This document shows positions 1 through 11,310 of a stretch of 64,000 nucleotides of DNA, piece by piece; position 1 is the stretch's first letter, and each line of letters begins with the position of its first letter. The stretch spans positions 69,938,001 to 70,002,000 of the forward strand of contig CM052816.1 of the NCBI GenBank assembly GCA_028534125.1, given 5' to 3'. This stretch comes from Lama glama. Lineage: Eukaryota. Under the pieces are notes generated by a model that did not search any database, was not told where the DNA came from, and saw only the letters and a list, made by a program, of their open reading frames with translations. The position numbers were made by a program, and so were the translations under genes.

Positions 1-39
1 TAAGCATTTAAAACCTAAATGCTCTGGTTATGGTAGCTC

Positions 40-392
40 TGTGGTGAACCAAATTGTGTTCCCACTCCCAAATTCATACAGTGAAGCCCTAACTCAATGT
101 GACTGCATTTGGAGATAGGGCCTTGAAGGAGGTAATTAAGATTAAGGTTAAATGAGGTCATAAGGGTGGGGCCCTGATCGAACAGGACTGTCCTTATAAA
201 AAGAGAAGAAACCCCAGGAGCACATGTACGTAGGCAGCCACCTGCAAGTCAGGAAGAGAGCCCTCACCAGAAACAAACCCTACAGGCACCTGGATCTTGG
301 TCTTCCAGCCTCCAGAACTGTTAGGAAATAAATTTCTGTCATGCCACCCAGTCTGTGGTATTTTGTAATGGCAGCCCTGGCTGACTAATGCA
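40..392 (+). mobile_element. Solo LTR, ERVL-MaLR (MLT1A-like)
   Basis: TG...CA termini flanked by a perfect 5 bp TSD AGCTC (35-39 and 393-397). Typical MLT1 motifs: TTTGGAGATAGGGCC, GGTCATAAGGGTGGGGCCC, CCAGCCTCCAGAACTG, AATAAATTTCTG. Confidence 0.9.
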
Positions 393-2519
393 AGCTCCTT
401 TCCTTTTTATCCTAAACTATTTTTGTCAATTAAGGTATAATATTTTATCTAGGTAAGCAAAATACAATACAAGCAAATAAATGCTGAAAACAACCGATCA
501 ACCTGAACTACATATACTGTGAGCAGATTTGCTTTTGTGACATAGACTATGTTGACACTGTATCCAGATGTGTTTAAAAGCACTTCAATTATTCCTCTAT
601 TTTAAAAGTTACATGGAAAGCCTTTCTCACAGAGCAAAGCCTATTCTAAAAGCGTTAAAACTATAAATTTGAACAATTTTCAACTTTTTGAGAAATTAAA
701 ATAATTTTTGTTTAATAAATCGCTGAGAATCACTTAACAAATTTAAAATTTTATAAAAACAGGTGTTCTTTTCTTCATATAGGGACTGGTCTAGTGTACC
801 AGTGAGGGCAGTTGCTTTTAAGTGTGTATATTTGAATAGTAACTATTTGAGCAAGACCCCAACTTCTAACCAGTCCTTGGTCATGGACATCAGATCTAAC
901 ATATGTACAGATGTTTATATTTGCCCCCTCAAATCAGAGGCATTTAGATTCTGACCACTCAGTACCACTAAGGAACTCTTCATCATAGTTAACATCTGCC
1001 TGATCTTCAGAATAGTGAGCCATTCCCACTGCCCATCCCTGCTCCGGGGAATGTGGTTTTCTTTTTATTAAATATAGCCAGGAAAATAAAAACTCTTCCT
1101 TAGCTCTAAGACTAGAATGGGACTTGGTGCTAGTACTGTGTCGCTAGAACTGAGTACATGCCGACGGCTTGTATTAGTGAATTGTCTGTAGGGGAGATGT
1201 GCTTCCATGGGGGACCATCATATTTTCATGAAGGAGGAAATGGGAAATGCTTTCCTTTTTGTAAAGAATAGAAATGCCACCTCATTGGAAGTCGTCTTCA
1301 GCGTGAGTTTGCTTTTTCCCATCAGCTCTCTGGGCTGGTTGGTGGCCTGTGGCAGAAGGCTCCTGGGGGAACCCCAGTCTGTCCTAACCACACTCCTCAT
1401 CTGCACTCTACCTCCTGACCTCTCTGGTTGTGCCTTGGTTTCTCTTTGGGGGCCAGCTCTTGGTAACTCTGTCATATTTCTCTTTATTGCTCTGGGACAC
1501 CTATAAGATGCTCCTGTGCCAAGAATTCACAAGACCAACTGATGTAATCCTTGACTCTAAGGGCTGATGGCTTATGCCTAATTTTCTCCAAAGCCTTAGC
1601 CAATTGGAGAATGACATTTTTGACCTTTTGGAGTGTTTATACTCTCCAGGGCACTAACATGGTCTGCCTCTGGCCCCTCTAACTAGCTCACCATGCAGTA
1701 GCACCAAATCTAGCTTGGAAGTGGCCAGTTTTTCCTCTGAGAAAGGTCTTTTATTTGGCTTTGTGATGGTGCCTATGGTGGGGGATGGGTTTGAGCACAA
1801 GTCCTAAATAGACATGGATGACCTACCTGTACGATAAGAAACTAGATTTTCCATCAGTATTCATGAATAATGAGGCAGATGTGCGATATGATTTGAAGTG
1901 TTTTTAAAATCTACTTAAATCACCTAAACCCCTACACATGCCTCTCCACTTAGTCCAGTGCTGGAAATTCCACCATGAGTTACTAGCTTAGGAAACACAG
2001 ACTGGACGAGCAGAAGCTGGGCCAGGCTGTGGTGTTCAGGACTGTTGGGGTTGATCAGAAAGTGGCTAAGCAGATGTTTTTTGTTTGGGGGTGGGTTTTT
2101 TTGTTTTTGTTTTGTTTTTGGTTGGAGGAATTGGAGTGTGGTTAGTTTGCAGGGGGAGCAGGTAGGCAGGGAAGTGGTAGAGAGTAAGGAAAGACTGACA
2201 AAAGAGAAAATGAAAGGATGTCGACAGGGCTAGGTTATGTTCTTCCAGAGGCTTAAGCGCTGGAAATAAAAATAAAAACATATTTAACTGTAAAACAGAA
2301 ACACATGTATGCTAAAATTAAATTTTCTATATATTTCTATAAATATTTCTATGTGTTTTCCAGAAAATGAATATTTCTATATATCTTGATTGCAACATCT
2401 GGATAAGTTCACCAGGGCTGAACTTTCCTCATTTTCCCTGGCTCTCCCTTGCTGATACCCTATGCAGGACTGGGTCTGCCTCGTTGACATTCTTGGAGGG
2501 AAGGATATCTGCTGAAGTG

Positions 2520-2600
2520 CAGGGCCCCAGTGTAGGGCTGCACAGGCTGCACACTGCACAACAGCGGGGGGCCCCGTTCGCATAGAGGCTATGATAAGAA
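2520..2600. mobile_element. MER91-like hAT DNA transposon fragment
   Basis: CAGGGCC...GCTGCACAGGCTGCACACTGCACAAC...GGGGGCCCCGTTC resembles the MER91A consensus as I recall it. Confidence 0.45.
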
Positions 2601-3519
2601 TGCCTGCCCCTGGGACTATGCAACTCAAGGGTTCCGGGAAGCAGGCACTGATGGAGAATGCCTGTGCTAACCAAACGAATCATGGTCAGAGGACTCTGCC
2701 TGGAGTGCTTGTTAACATCCAGATTTGTACAGCGTGAGACAGGGTAGAAGGGTAGGAGAGCTAAAATTTCTATTTTTAAAATAAGCATTACACTTTGTTC
2801 TTGAGCATATTGGCAAAACATGTTAACTACCTTTAGGTGAAGCTACTATCTGCTGGTTCTCCTCTGCCCCTAAGAAAAGCTCCAGATGAAAAAGGCCTAA
2901 GCTGCTTCTCTAGGGAGCAGTCCTGGCTTGGCCTGCCCTAGCATCTGGTCAACCCACTGCAGCCATTGGACATCTGTCCTCAGTCAAGGAAGCACGAAGC
3001 CCTGGTCAAAGACATGTTGTCCTTATCAAAGAACAGAGTTTCCAGATCTGCATCTCAATTCCCATTCTACTACTAACTAGCTGTGTGTAGTAGTTAATTT
3101 CATACATTTTTTTCTGGACATGTTTTCTTGTGTGTTTGATGAAAGCTTATGTCAGAATATATCTTCTCAAACTTGATCTAAACCACTTCCTTTTCCCCTA
3201 AGTTATGAGGGTTAAAAAGCACATGCTGTGGACCCACAATTCAGAAACTCCTGGGGCAAAATAGATTTTGAAATTTAGAATTTGTTGTTATTTTGAAATG
3301 TAATATAATGCATTTATTATATATTACAATAGTACCTTCAGTAGGTTCTGAGGCAATACTGTGAAATCAAATACAGTCATTATCCCTGAAGTTAAACATG
3401 TGAAAAGTTGCACTAAGGGGATAAATAAAACTATGAAACATCTTGACGTTAGAGGGGAGAGCATGGAAGAGGATTCCAGGGGCCAAGTGGGCCACAGCAT
3501 CACAGTGAAGAAAAAGGCC

Positions 3520-3710
3520 CTGTGGCTTAAATTCACAAGTCTGACCTGCACTGATTATCTCTGAATTTAGACTAATTAATTAACCTCTCTGTTTCTCACT
3601 TCCCCCATCTGTAAGTCATAGAGTGGTTGTGAGGATGAAATAATTTGTTACAGGTTAGGCATTTAGACCAATGCTTGACACACAATACTCAATAAATGTC
3701 AGTTTTCATT
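3520..3710 (+). mobile_element. MIR SINE
   Basis: TTAACCTCTCTGTTTCTCACTTCCCCCATCTGTAAG...GGTTGTGAGGATGAAAT...ACTCAATAAATG match the MIR core and tail. Confidence 0.75.
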
Positions 3711-6669
3711 ACCCTAGGAATTGTGTTAACTTCCCTGTTTACTTGCTTCTTTCTATGTAGGGGTGGGGCTGGTGAGATGAGGTATAGAAAATGAAGGGTG
3801 AGGATTTGACACAGGACACTGGTCAGGCTGTTTTCACCCTAGTGTTTGTGCCCTAGTCCTGTTCCGGGCACAGTGTTCCTTCACTCCCCTACCCCTGTGT
3901 GTCTGCTTGAATCTCCCCATCTATAAACTAGGAATGTCATTCTACCTGCTGATAAGATTGTGTCAATAAAAACACATTACATTTTTCAGAGAAGAGATTC
4001 TAATTCTTTTCCTGAAAGGTAAGCTTATTTTTGCCACTAATTTTAACCCATATGGGTTACTAAAAAAGTGGAGCAAAGCAGGGACCTGGGGGACCTCCCT
4101 TTGTATTTGAACTGTGTCTGTTGCCAGTGAATCCAGATTCAGCAATTCCAAAATGAAACAGAAACATTTTGTTTCTGTCGTTTCTGTGAACTCACTCACT
4201 TACCTTCTCTGCAGTCCAGGAAATTCTGCTTAAGATTCTGAAAGACTGCCTGCCAGAAGTCCGATCCTAGATTTTACCTGGGCCGTGACTTGCTGTGGCC
4301 ACAGAAGCAAATCACTGGTTCTAGAATCGAAACTCTGCAAAGGCAGAACAGTTCAGCTCCGAATCGTAGCTCTGCGCGGAAGCTATGAGCTAAACCATGA
4401 GCGGCACAGAAAGGGTGGACAACTTTGCAGGCTCACTGAGCTGGTGTTTCTTTTCATTTTAATGCTTTAATAATGAAAGTCTTTCCTTTTTCTCCGGCAA
4501 AAATGCAGTTCTCAAGTTATTTGTAACCACCACAGTGTCAGATGTTTACCGCACAAGCTAAAGGCCGGCTTCTGCCACCTAGGCCTCAGGTGACATTTGC
4601 TGGAGTCTTTCAAATTTATCATGAGAAGTATTATTTGTGAATGGTCATTATTCTCCCAGGGGAACGAGGGTTTTTGTAGGAAGGGAGACTGAAATGACAG
4701 TTTTCTTTGGAATTTACTTACCTTCTCACCACTACTAGCCACGACAAGACTTCTAAAATGAAAATTCTTTCTGTGGTTTCCGATCAGCCATTTTTAACCC
4801 TCCTTCACTGACTAACTTAATTAAATTTTCCTTACAAAGAATTGCTCTGGGCTAAATATTTACATGCCAAGTGTCAGCCTTGAGCATATTTTCACTGTGA
4901 AATCATTAACTTCTGAGAAAACGAATAGAATCTCAGTTACACTGATGCTACCAGGAATTGCCATAATAGTCTTTGAACCCCCTTTCTATTTGTCACTTTG
5001 TTGGTTTTGATTTACATTTATTTTAACAAAGATCATTAATTCAGAAACTTGTGAACACCTCACTCACAAAAAAACCACAGTTACAACATAGGTAAAGAAT
5101 CTTTCCTTCAGTGATTCTAAAACACTCTATAAATAAACTACAAACTTAAGTTCCTCAATTTATCCATCACTGAAAGATATTTCCCAATGAAGTATAAAGT
5201 TATCAGATTACGATTTTTAGGATACTTAGATGGGGCAATATGAAAATAAAATAGTAACTCTGATTCTGAAAATATTTGCTTATTTTTTTTTAATGGCCAC
5301 AGCTGAGCAAATCTGCTAATGAAATTCCTCTTAAAAGTCACATGCCTTTGGGTAAACCACTTGGCTTAGACCTCTATCATGAAGGTGTCTTCCAGTTCTA
5401 ACAAGTGCCATGGAGCTACGGTACTGTTTTATATCATTCCATCTCTAGGATTGGGCTGTACATCTCCTGAAGAAGAAAAAGCAAATCTGTGTAAGCCTAT
5501 GTGTAGTAGGTGATGCCTTGGTTCATAAAGTCTTTATTGCAGTACCACCATCTTACTAAAAATGCTGAACCTGAATCTTGCCAAACCTTAAGATCAAATC
5601 TCAGTTCATAGGAAATATGGGAAACCAAGGAAGGAGATAAACAGCACCATTTGGAAGCAATTAGACAAATCCAGAATTTAGACAGTCTATTTGAAAACTG
5701 GCCTGGACTTTTTATTCATTCATAATAGCCAAATTAACATGTAGAACATTTTTGGATTAAAATTCAAACAAGTTAAGTGTGGAACAACTTTGGTAGGAGA
5801 GTGGGGACAATTGGGAAAAATTGAATATGATCTAGGTATTAAGTTTAATAAGGGTAAAATGTCATGGTGTCTGGAATTTGCTTTAGAGTACTCCAGCAAT
5901 ATGCTAGCAAACAGCAAAATAATACCAGTTTAATCTAAGTAGAACATTTGGGATTCACGATAAAATTCTACTTTTATGTTGAAAAAATTTCATAATAAAC
6001 ATAAATCACATAAAAGAAAATTCTTCAGCCTGTCTCAGAGACATGCTTTATTTAATTCCTTTGCATTACTTTACAGTCAGGATGTAGTTGTACACAGACC
6101 CTAAATTTCATGCTCATTACATTATTTTCTGCTTCCCATGTAGATATAGAACAAGTAGCATTATAACTTGTGATTCTTGAAACAAGTGGTCCACAGACTC
6201 CTGGCTTTCCTTGAGATGCTTTCAGGAAATCTATTAAGGCAAATGCTTTTCATAATAAAACTAAAATATATATATTTCAAAAATAAAATTGGCTATTTGA
6301 CTAAGTGTTATAATAGGGCTTCCAGATAGTGAAGCATGCTCAGGCATTGTTGGCACAGTTAGCAAATTTTTTTAAACACAAGGAAACATTTTTGTACCAT
6401 TTGTAAATATAGTAAATTATGCTTTCTCTTCCATCTTTTAAGGTAACCATACATTCTAAAAATTACAAAAATAGAAATCATCTGTTAGACTAAATTCTCA
6501 AAAAACTGACTCAGAGACAATGATAAGCAAAAAAAAAACCAAAAAACCAAATAAACAAAAAACAAAACCATGAAATTAACTTGTCCTGCAATTTTTTTTT
6601 TCAAGATAGAGCGATTGACAAAGGAATTAGTCTAGTTGTGCTTCAAATAATGTCAGTTTAGCTGTGGTT

Positions 6670-7368
6670 TTTCTTTTTAAACATTTTTATTCAGTTTATT
6701 TAAACTAAAGAAAGAATAACAGTTCACCCCTTTCTCCCACTCTCACCAACCCCCTCTTGCAACTACCAATTTCTCTGTGTCTTTGGTTTTTGTTTTTAGA
6801 TTCCACGTATGAGAGAGATCATGTAATACTGTTTTTCCCTGTCTGGTTTATTTCTGATTTATTTTACTTAGCATAACATCCTTGAGATCCAACCATGTTG
6901 TCAATAGCAAGATTTCTTTCTTTTGATGACTGAATAGTATTCGCGTGTGTGTGTGTGTGTGTGTGACAATTTCTTTTTCTATTCATCCATTGATGGATAC
7001 TTAAGTTGTTTCCATGTCTTGGATATTATGAATGTTGGAGTAAACATGGGGGTATATATATCTTTTTAAATTAGTGCTTTTGTTTTCCTTGGATGAATAC
7101 TCGGAAGTGGGGTTGCTGGGTCATATAGTAGCTCTATATTTAATTTTTTGAGGAACCTCCATAGTGTCTTCCACCAGTTTATATTCCCACACTTCAGTGA
7201 CCAAGAGATAATTTTCACCACATGCTTACCAATACACGCTGTTTCTCATCTTTTTGGAAATAGCCATTCTAACAGATGTGAGGTGATATCTTATTGTGGT
7301 TTTGATTTGATTTTCCCCAGTGACCAATAATACTGGGCATCTTTTCATGTGCCACTTGGCCAGATGTT
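6670..7368 (-). mobile_element. 5'-truncated L1 (ORF2 end and 3' UTR, L1MA-type) with an internal (GT)n tract at ~6945-6965
   Basis: Antisense L1 motifs AGATTCCAC, TTCATCCATTGATGGATACTTAAGTTGTTTCCATGTCTTGG, TTTTTGAGGAACCTCCATA, GTGAGGTGATATCTTATTGTGGTTTTGATTTG. Confidence 0.9.
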
Positions 7369-8044
7369 CTAAATAAACTATATATATATTTTTAATGTAG
7401 AGGAAAATTGTTGGTGTCTTAACATGAATCTAGGGTGTAACACCAAATATGCCCATTGCTTGTTATAATTTTCATGTGCAGTAAAAATTTTAAAAAGCCA
7501 ATAGTTTTACTCAAAGATATTAGCAAAGCAGTAAAAATTAACTTCATTTAAATATCTACCCTTCAGTGCATGGCTTTTTAATATTATGTGTGATAAAACA
7601 GGAGGCACATTTCTTGCAGACTGAAGAAGGGAGGTTGTCTCAAGGAAAAGTGCTTGTGTGATTCTTGTTGAGTTACTGGCTAAATCAGCCACTCTTTTCA
7701 GGGGAGAAATTTTTACTTGAGAGGCCAGCTGAGAGATAAATTATGATTATTTAGGCTTGGATATTTGGCAAATATTTTCTCAGGTAAGTGAAGTGAGTTT
7801 GCCACTTTAAGGAAACAACTGATAATATTGTAGCCTATTACAAATTTTGAGATTTCAAGTGAAAACTGGAACTTTGGAAAACTTGTCCCTGTATTGGGAC
7901 CAGAATATTTAAAAGAATTTTCACCCTGCAGTAAATGCTGCACTTTCCTTCACCACAAAAGAAGATTTTTCTGATGAGATTGGTACTGATATTAATGAAT
8001 GTGAGTTGTTGATAGTATATAATATAGTATGTCAAACAAAATGT

Positions 8045-8312
8045 TACCGGGGAGGAAAAATAGAGGGATAGATTAGGAGTTTGGGATTAATAGATACGCA
8101 GTACTATATATAAAATAGATAAACAACAAGGACCTGCTGCATAGCACAGGGAACTATATTCAGTTTCTTATAATGAGCTATAATGGAAAAGAATCTGAAA
8201 AAAATATATATATACACACACATATATATGTATGTATAACTGAATCACTTTGCTGTACATCAGAAACTAACCTTGTATATTGACTACACTTCAATAAAAA
8301 AAAAATTAAAAA
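8045..8312 (+). mobile_element. L1 3' end, cetartiodactyl type, with poly(A)
   Basis: GGAGTTTGGGATTAATAGATAC...ATAAACAACAAGGACCTGCTGCATAGCACAGGGAACTATATTCA...GTATAACTGAATCACTTTGCTGTACA...CTTCAATAAAAAAAAAA. Confidence 0.9.
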
Positions 8313-9232
8313 AATCAATCTAGCCATGTTTTCCAAAATAATTCTTGAAAATAAAAGCCAAAGAAATATTAAGCAACTTACTCAGAAATTCAAAGTAAAA
8401 ACAATGAGTTAAGATTAAAATTCCAAAATGTTAGAAAAAATTGGAAAATTTGTATAATTTAGTGAACTAGGATTTTTACAAATGAACAGTATATGATATT
8501 ACAAAATTTTTCATGGGTAAGTGACTTACTTGAAGTACAGTATAAACCAATGGATTTTAATGCAACAGAAAACTTCATTGATACAGTTTCTCATTCCATA
8601 TTCCAACTAACCTTTAAGAAAATGCTGCATGACAAATACCCATAGTTATCTGAAAATGCTATTTAAAATATCTTTTCCTTTTCCAACTACATATCTGTAT
8701 AATGCTAGCTTTTCTTCATATACTTTCATCCAAACAAGATATTATAAAATTGAATGCAGAAACAGATAATGTGAATCCTATTACCTTCTATTAAGCTAGA
8801 CAGAGATTTGCAAAACATGTAAAGCAATACCACTTTTCTCAGTGAATACTTTCTGTTTTTGAAAATAATTGTTCCGGGTCTAAGGCATGTTAGGGAGAAA
8901 AACAAAAAATCAAAAACTCTTCATCTTGGGCCTTATCAAAATATAAAGAAGATGATGATCTACATTAGAAGATGACAGGGGACACGCTGTTTTTTGGTAG
9001 TGATGGTGGTGGTGGTTTTCTGTTTGTTTGTTCAAATGGTATCTAATTCTTCAGAGAAAAATGTACAAGAATAGAATCAGGCTGAGCTTGTTCAAATTAA
9101 AAGCAATTAGGGTAAAAAAAAAAGTACAGCTGTTTCATAAAAATATATTAACGTGATGAGTTTATTTTAAATTTACAGAATAATACATTAGTTGGTATAT
9201 AATAACTTTATTAATTATTAATAAATTTAATG

Positions 9233-9451
9233 CAGTTGACCCTTGAACAACATGAGTTTGGACTGTGTGTGCCACATATATGAGATTTTTTTTTAAACAT
9301 ACACTGCTATGTTTACAATCTGAGATTGATTGAATCTGAGGATGTGGAATTCATAAATATAGAGGACTGACTGTCGGATTTGAGGATACATGAATTTTGA
9401 TATCCATGGGGGTCCTGGAACCAATGCCCCAGAGATACTGAAGGGCAAATG
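9233..9451 (-). mobile_element. MER8/Tigger2-derived MITE
   Basis: One terminus is CAGTTGACCCTTGAACAACATG; the other is GGGGGTCCTGGAACCAATGCCCCAGAGATACTGAAGGGCAAATG. Length about 220 bp. Confidence 0.75.
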
Positions 9452-11310
9452 GATATTGATAATATAGTAATTTAAACTTACAGAGTAATTTTAAATAATT
9501 TTAAATTTATAGAAAATCTGTAAGAATAACAATAATGCAAAGGATATCCATATACTTATTATATAAATTCACCTTATTAGCATTTTATCCCATTTAGTTT
9601 ATTACTTCTTCCTTCCCCCTACACACAGGCCTGCATGCACACACACATGCTTATATGTGTATAGGGGGTCAGGGAGGGAGAAAGAGATTGGTTGATTGTT
9701 TCTGAACCTTTATTCCTAAATATTTCAATGTGTATTCCCCACAGATAGGAATATTCTTTCACCACCATAATACGTATATTGACATTAGTAAATTTAATCT
9801 TGATAACAGTATTTTAACCTAATCTATCTGTATTTCAGTTCTATCAAATTGATAATAATACCCTTTATAACATTTTTTACATTTTTTCTAGTTCCTTAAA
9901 GTAGTTAGGTTATTGATTTAAGATCTTTTTTCTTTTCTAATGTAGCACTTGTGGCTATAAATTTCCCTTTGAACACTGTGTTAGCTGTATCGCATATATT
10001 TGATACCTTGTGTTTCTATTCAGCTCAAAAATCTTTCTAATTTCTCTTGTTATTTTTTTGATTCATGAGTTATTTAAATGTATGTTGCTTAATTTCCACA
10101 TATTTGTGGATTTCCCAAATTTCCTTGTGTTGTTGATTTGTAGTTTAATTCCATTGTGGTCAGAGAACATTCTTGGTATGATTTCAATCCTTTTAAATTG
10201 AGTCTTGTTTTATGGCCTAACATATGGTCTGTCAGAAAATGTTCCATGTGCATATGAGGAGAATTTATATTCTGTTGTTGTTGGTAAAGTGTTATATAGA
10301 TGTCAGGTAGGTCTAGTAGGTTGATAGTGTGTTCAGGTCTTATATCCTTGCTAATTTTCTGTCCAGTTGTTCTACCCATAATCAAGATTGGGTTATTTCT
10401 CCCTTCAATTCCGTCAGCTTTTGCTTCATGTATTTTAGAGCTTGTTGTCATACAAATAATATATATTTGTTGATATATCTTCCCAATGAATTGGCCCTTT
10501 ATAAAATGTTCCTCTTTTTTTCTAGTAACAGTTTTCATCTTAAAGTATATTTTGTCTGATAGTAGGATAGCCAGTCCAGTTCACTTATGCCTGTTGTTTA
10601 CTTGGTATATCTTTTTTCATCATCTGCTTTCAAACTGCATGTATTTTTTAATATAAAGTGTGTCTCTTATGATGTCATATAGTTGGAACCTGTGTTTTTT
10701 TTTTTTTCAATCCAGTCTGACAATCTCTGCCTTTTCTTTGGAGTGTTTAACTCCTTCACATTTAATTATTGATATAGTTGGAGTTGCCATTTTCTATTTG
10801 TTTTTTATCATTCTCATATCTTTTTGTTCCTCCATTCCTCCTTTATTGCTTTCTTTTATATTATGTGTTTATTTTCTAATGTACCATTTTAATTCCTTTA
10901 TTCATTTTTTTAATATATTCTCTTTTTCTTAATGATTGCTCTATGGTTCTACGATATACTTTATTTACAATATACTTACTTATTTATTATTCTGGTACAT
11001 GTTATTTCTTTCCATAGATTCAAGTTACAGTCTGGTGTCACTTTCTTGCTTCAATATAACTTCATTCTCTCTTCCCTTCTTTGTGCTATTATTATAATAT
11101 ATATTACATCTTTATATAATGTTAAAATACAATTTTATGATCTTTGTATTAAAAATCAGTTAAGAGAAGAAAGGAGGAAAAATATAATTATACTGCCTTT
11201 TGTAATTTCAAAATTATCTTTATTGGTACTCTTTGTTACTTTGTATAGATTTGAATTACTATCTGGTTTCACTTCCTTTCAGCCTGAGAAACTACTTTTA
11301 ATATTTTTCT

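Larger units (their letters stand above)
6170..9190 (+). mobile_element. Charlie1-like hAT DNA transposon, interrupted by several insertions (segments ~6170-6270, ~7393-8036, ~8441-8873, ~9124-9190)
   Basis: 5' end GTGGTCCACAGACTCCTGG...TTTTCATAATAA. Degenerate transposase blocks GGTTGTCTCAAGGAAAAGTGCTTGTG, TTTTCTGATGAGATTGGT, TTTCCAACTACATATCTG and TTGAATGCAGAAACAGAT occur in colinear order. Confidence 0.75.
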
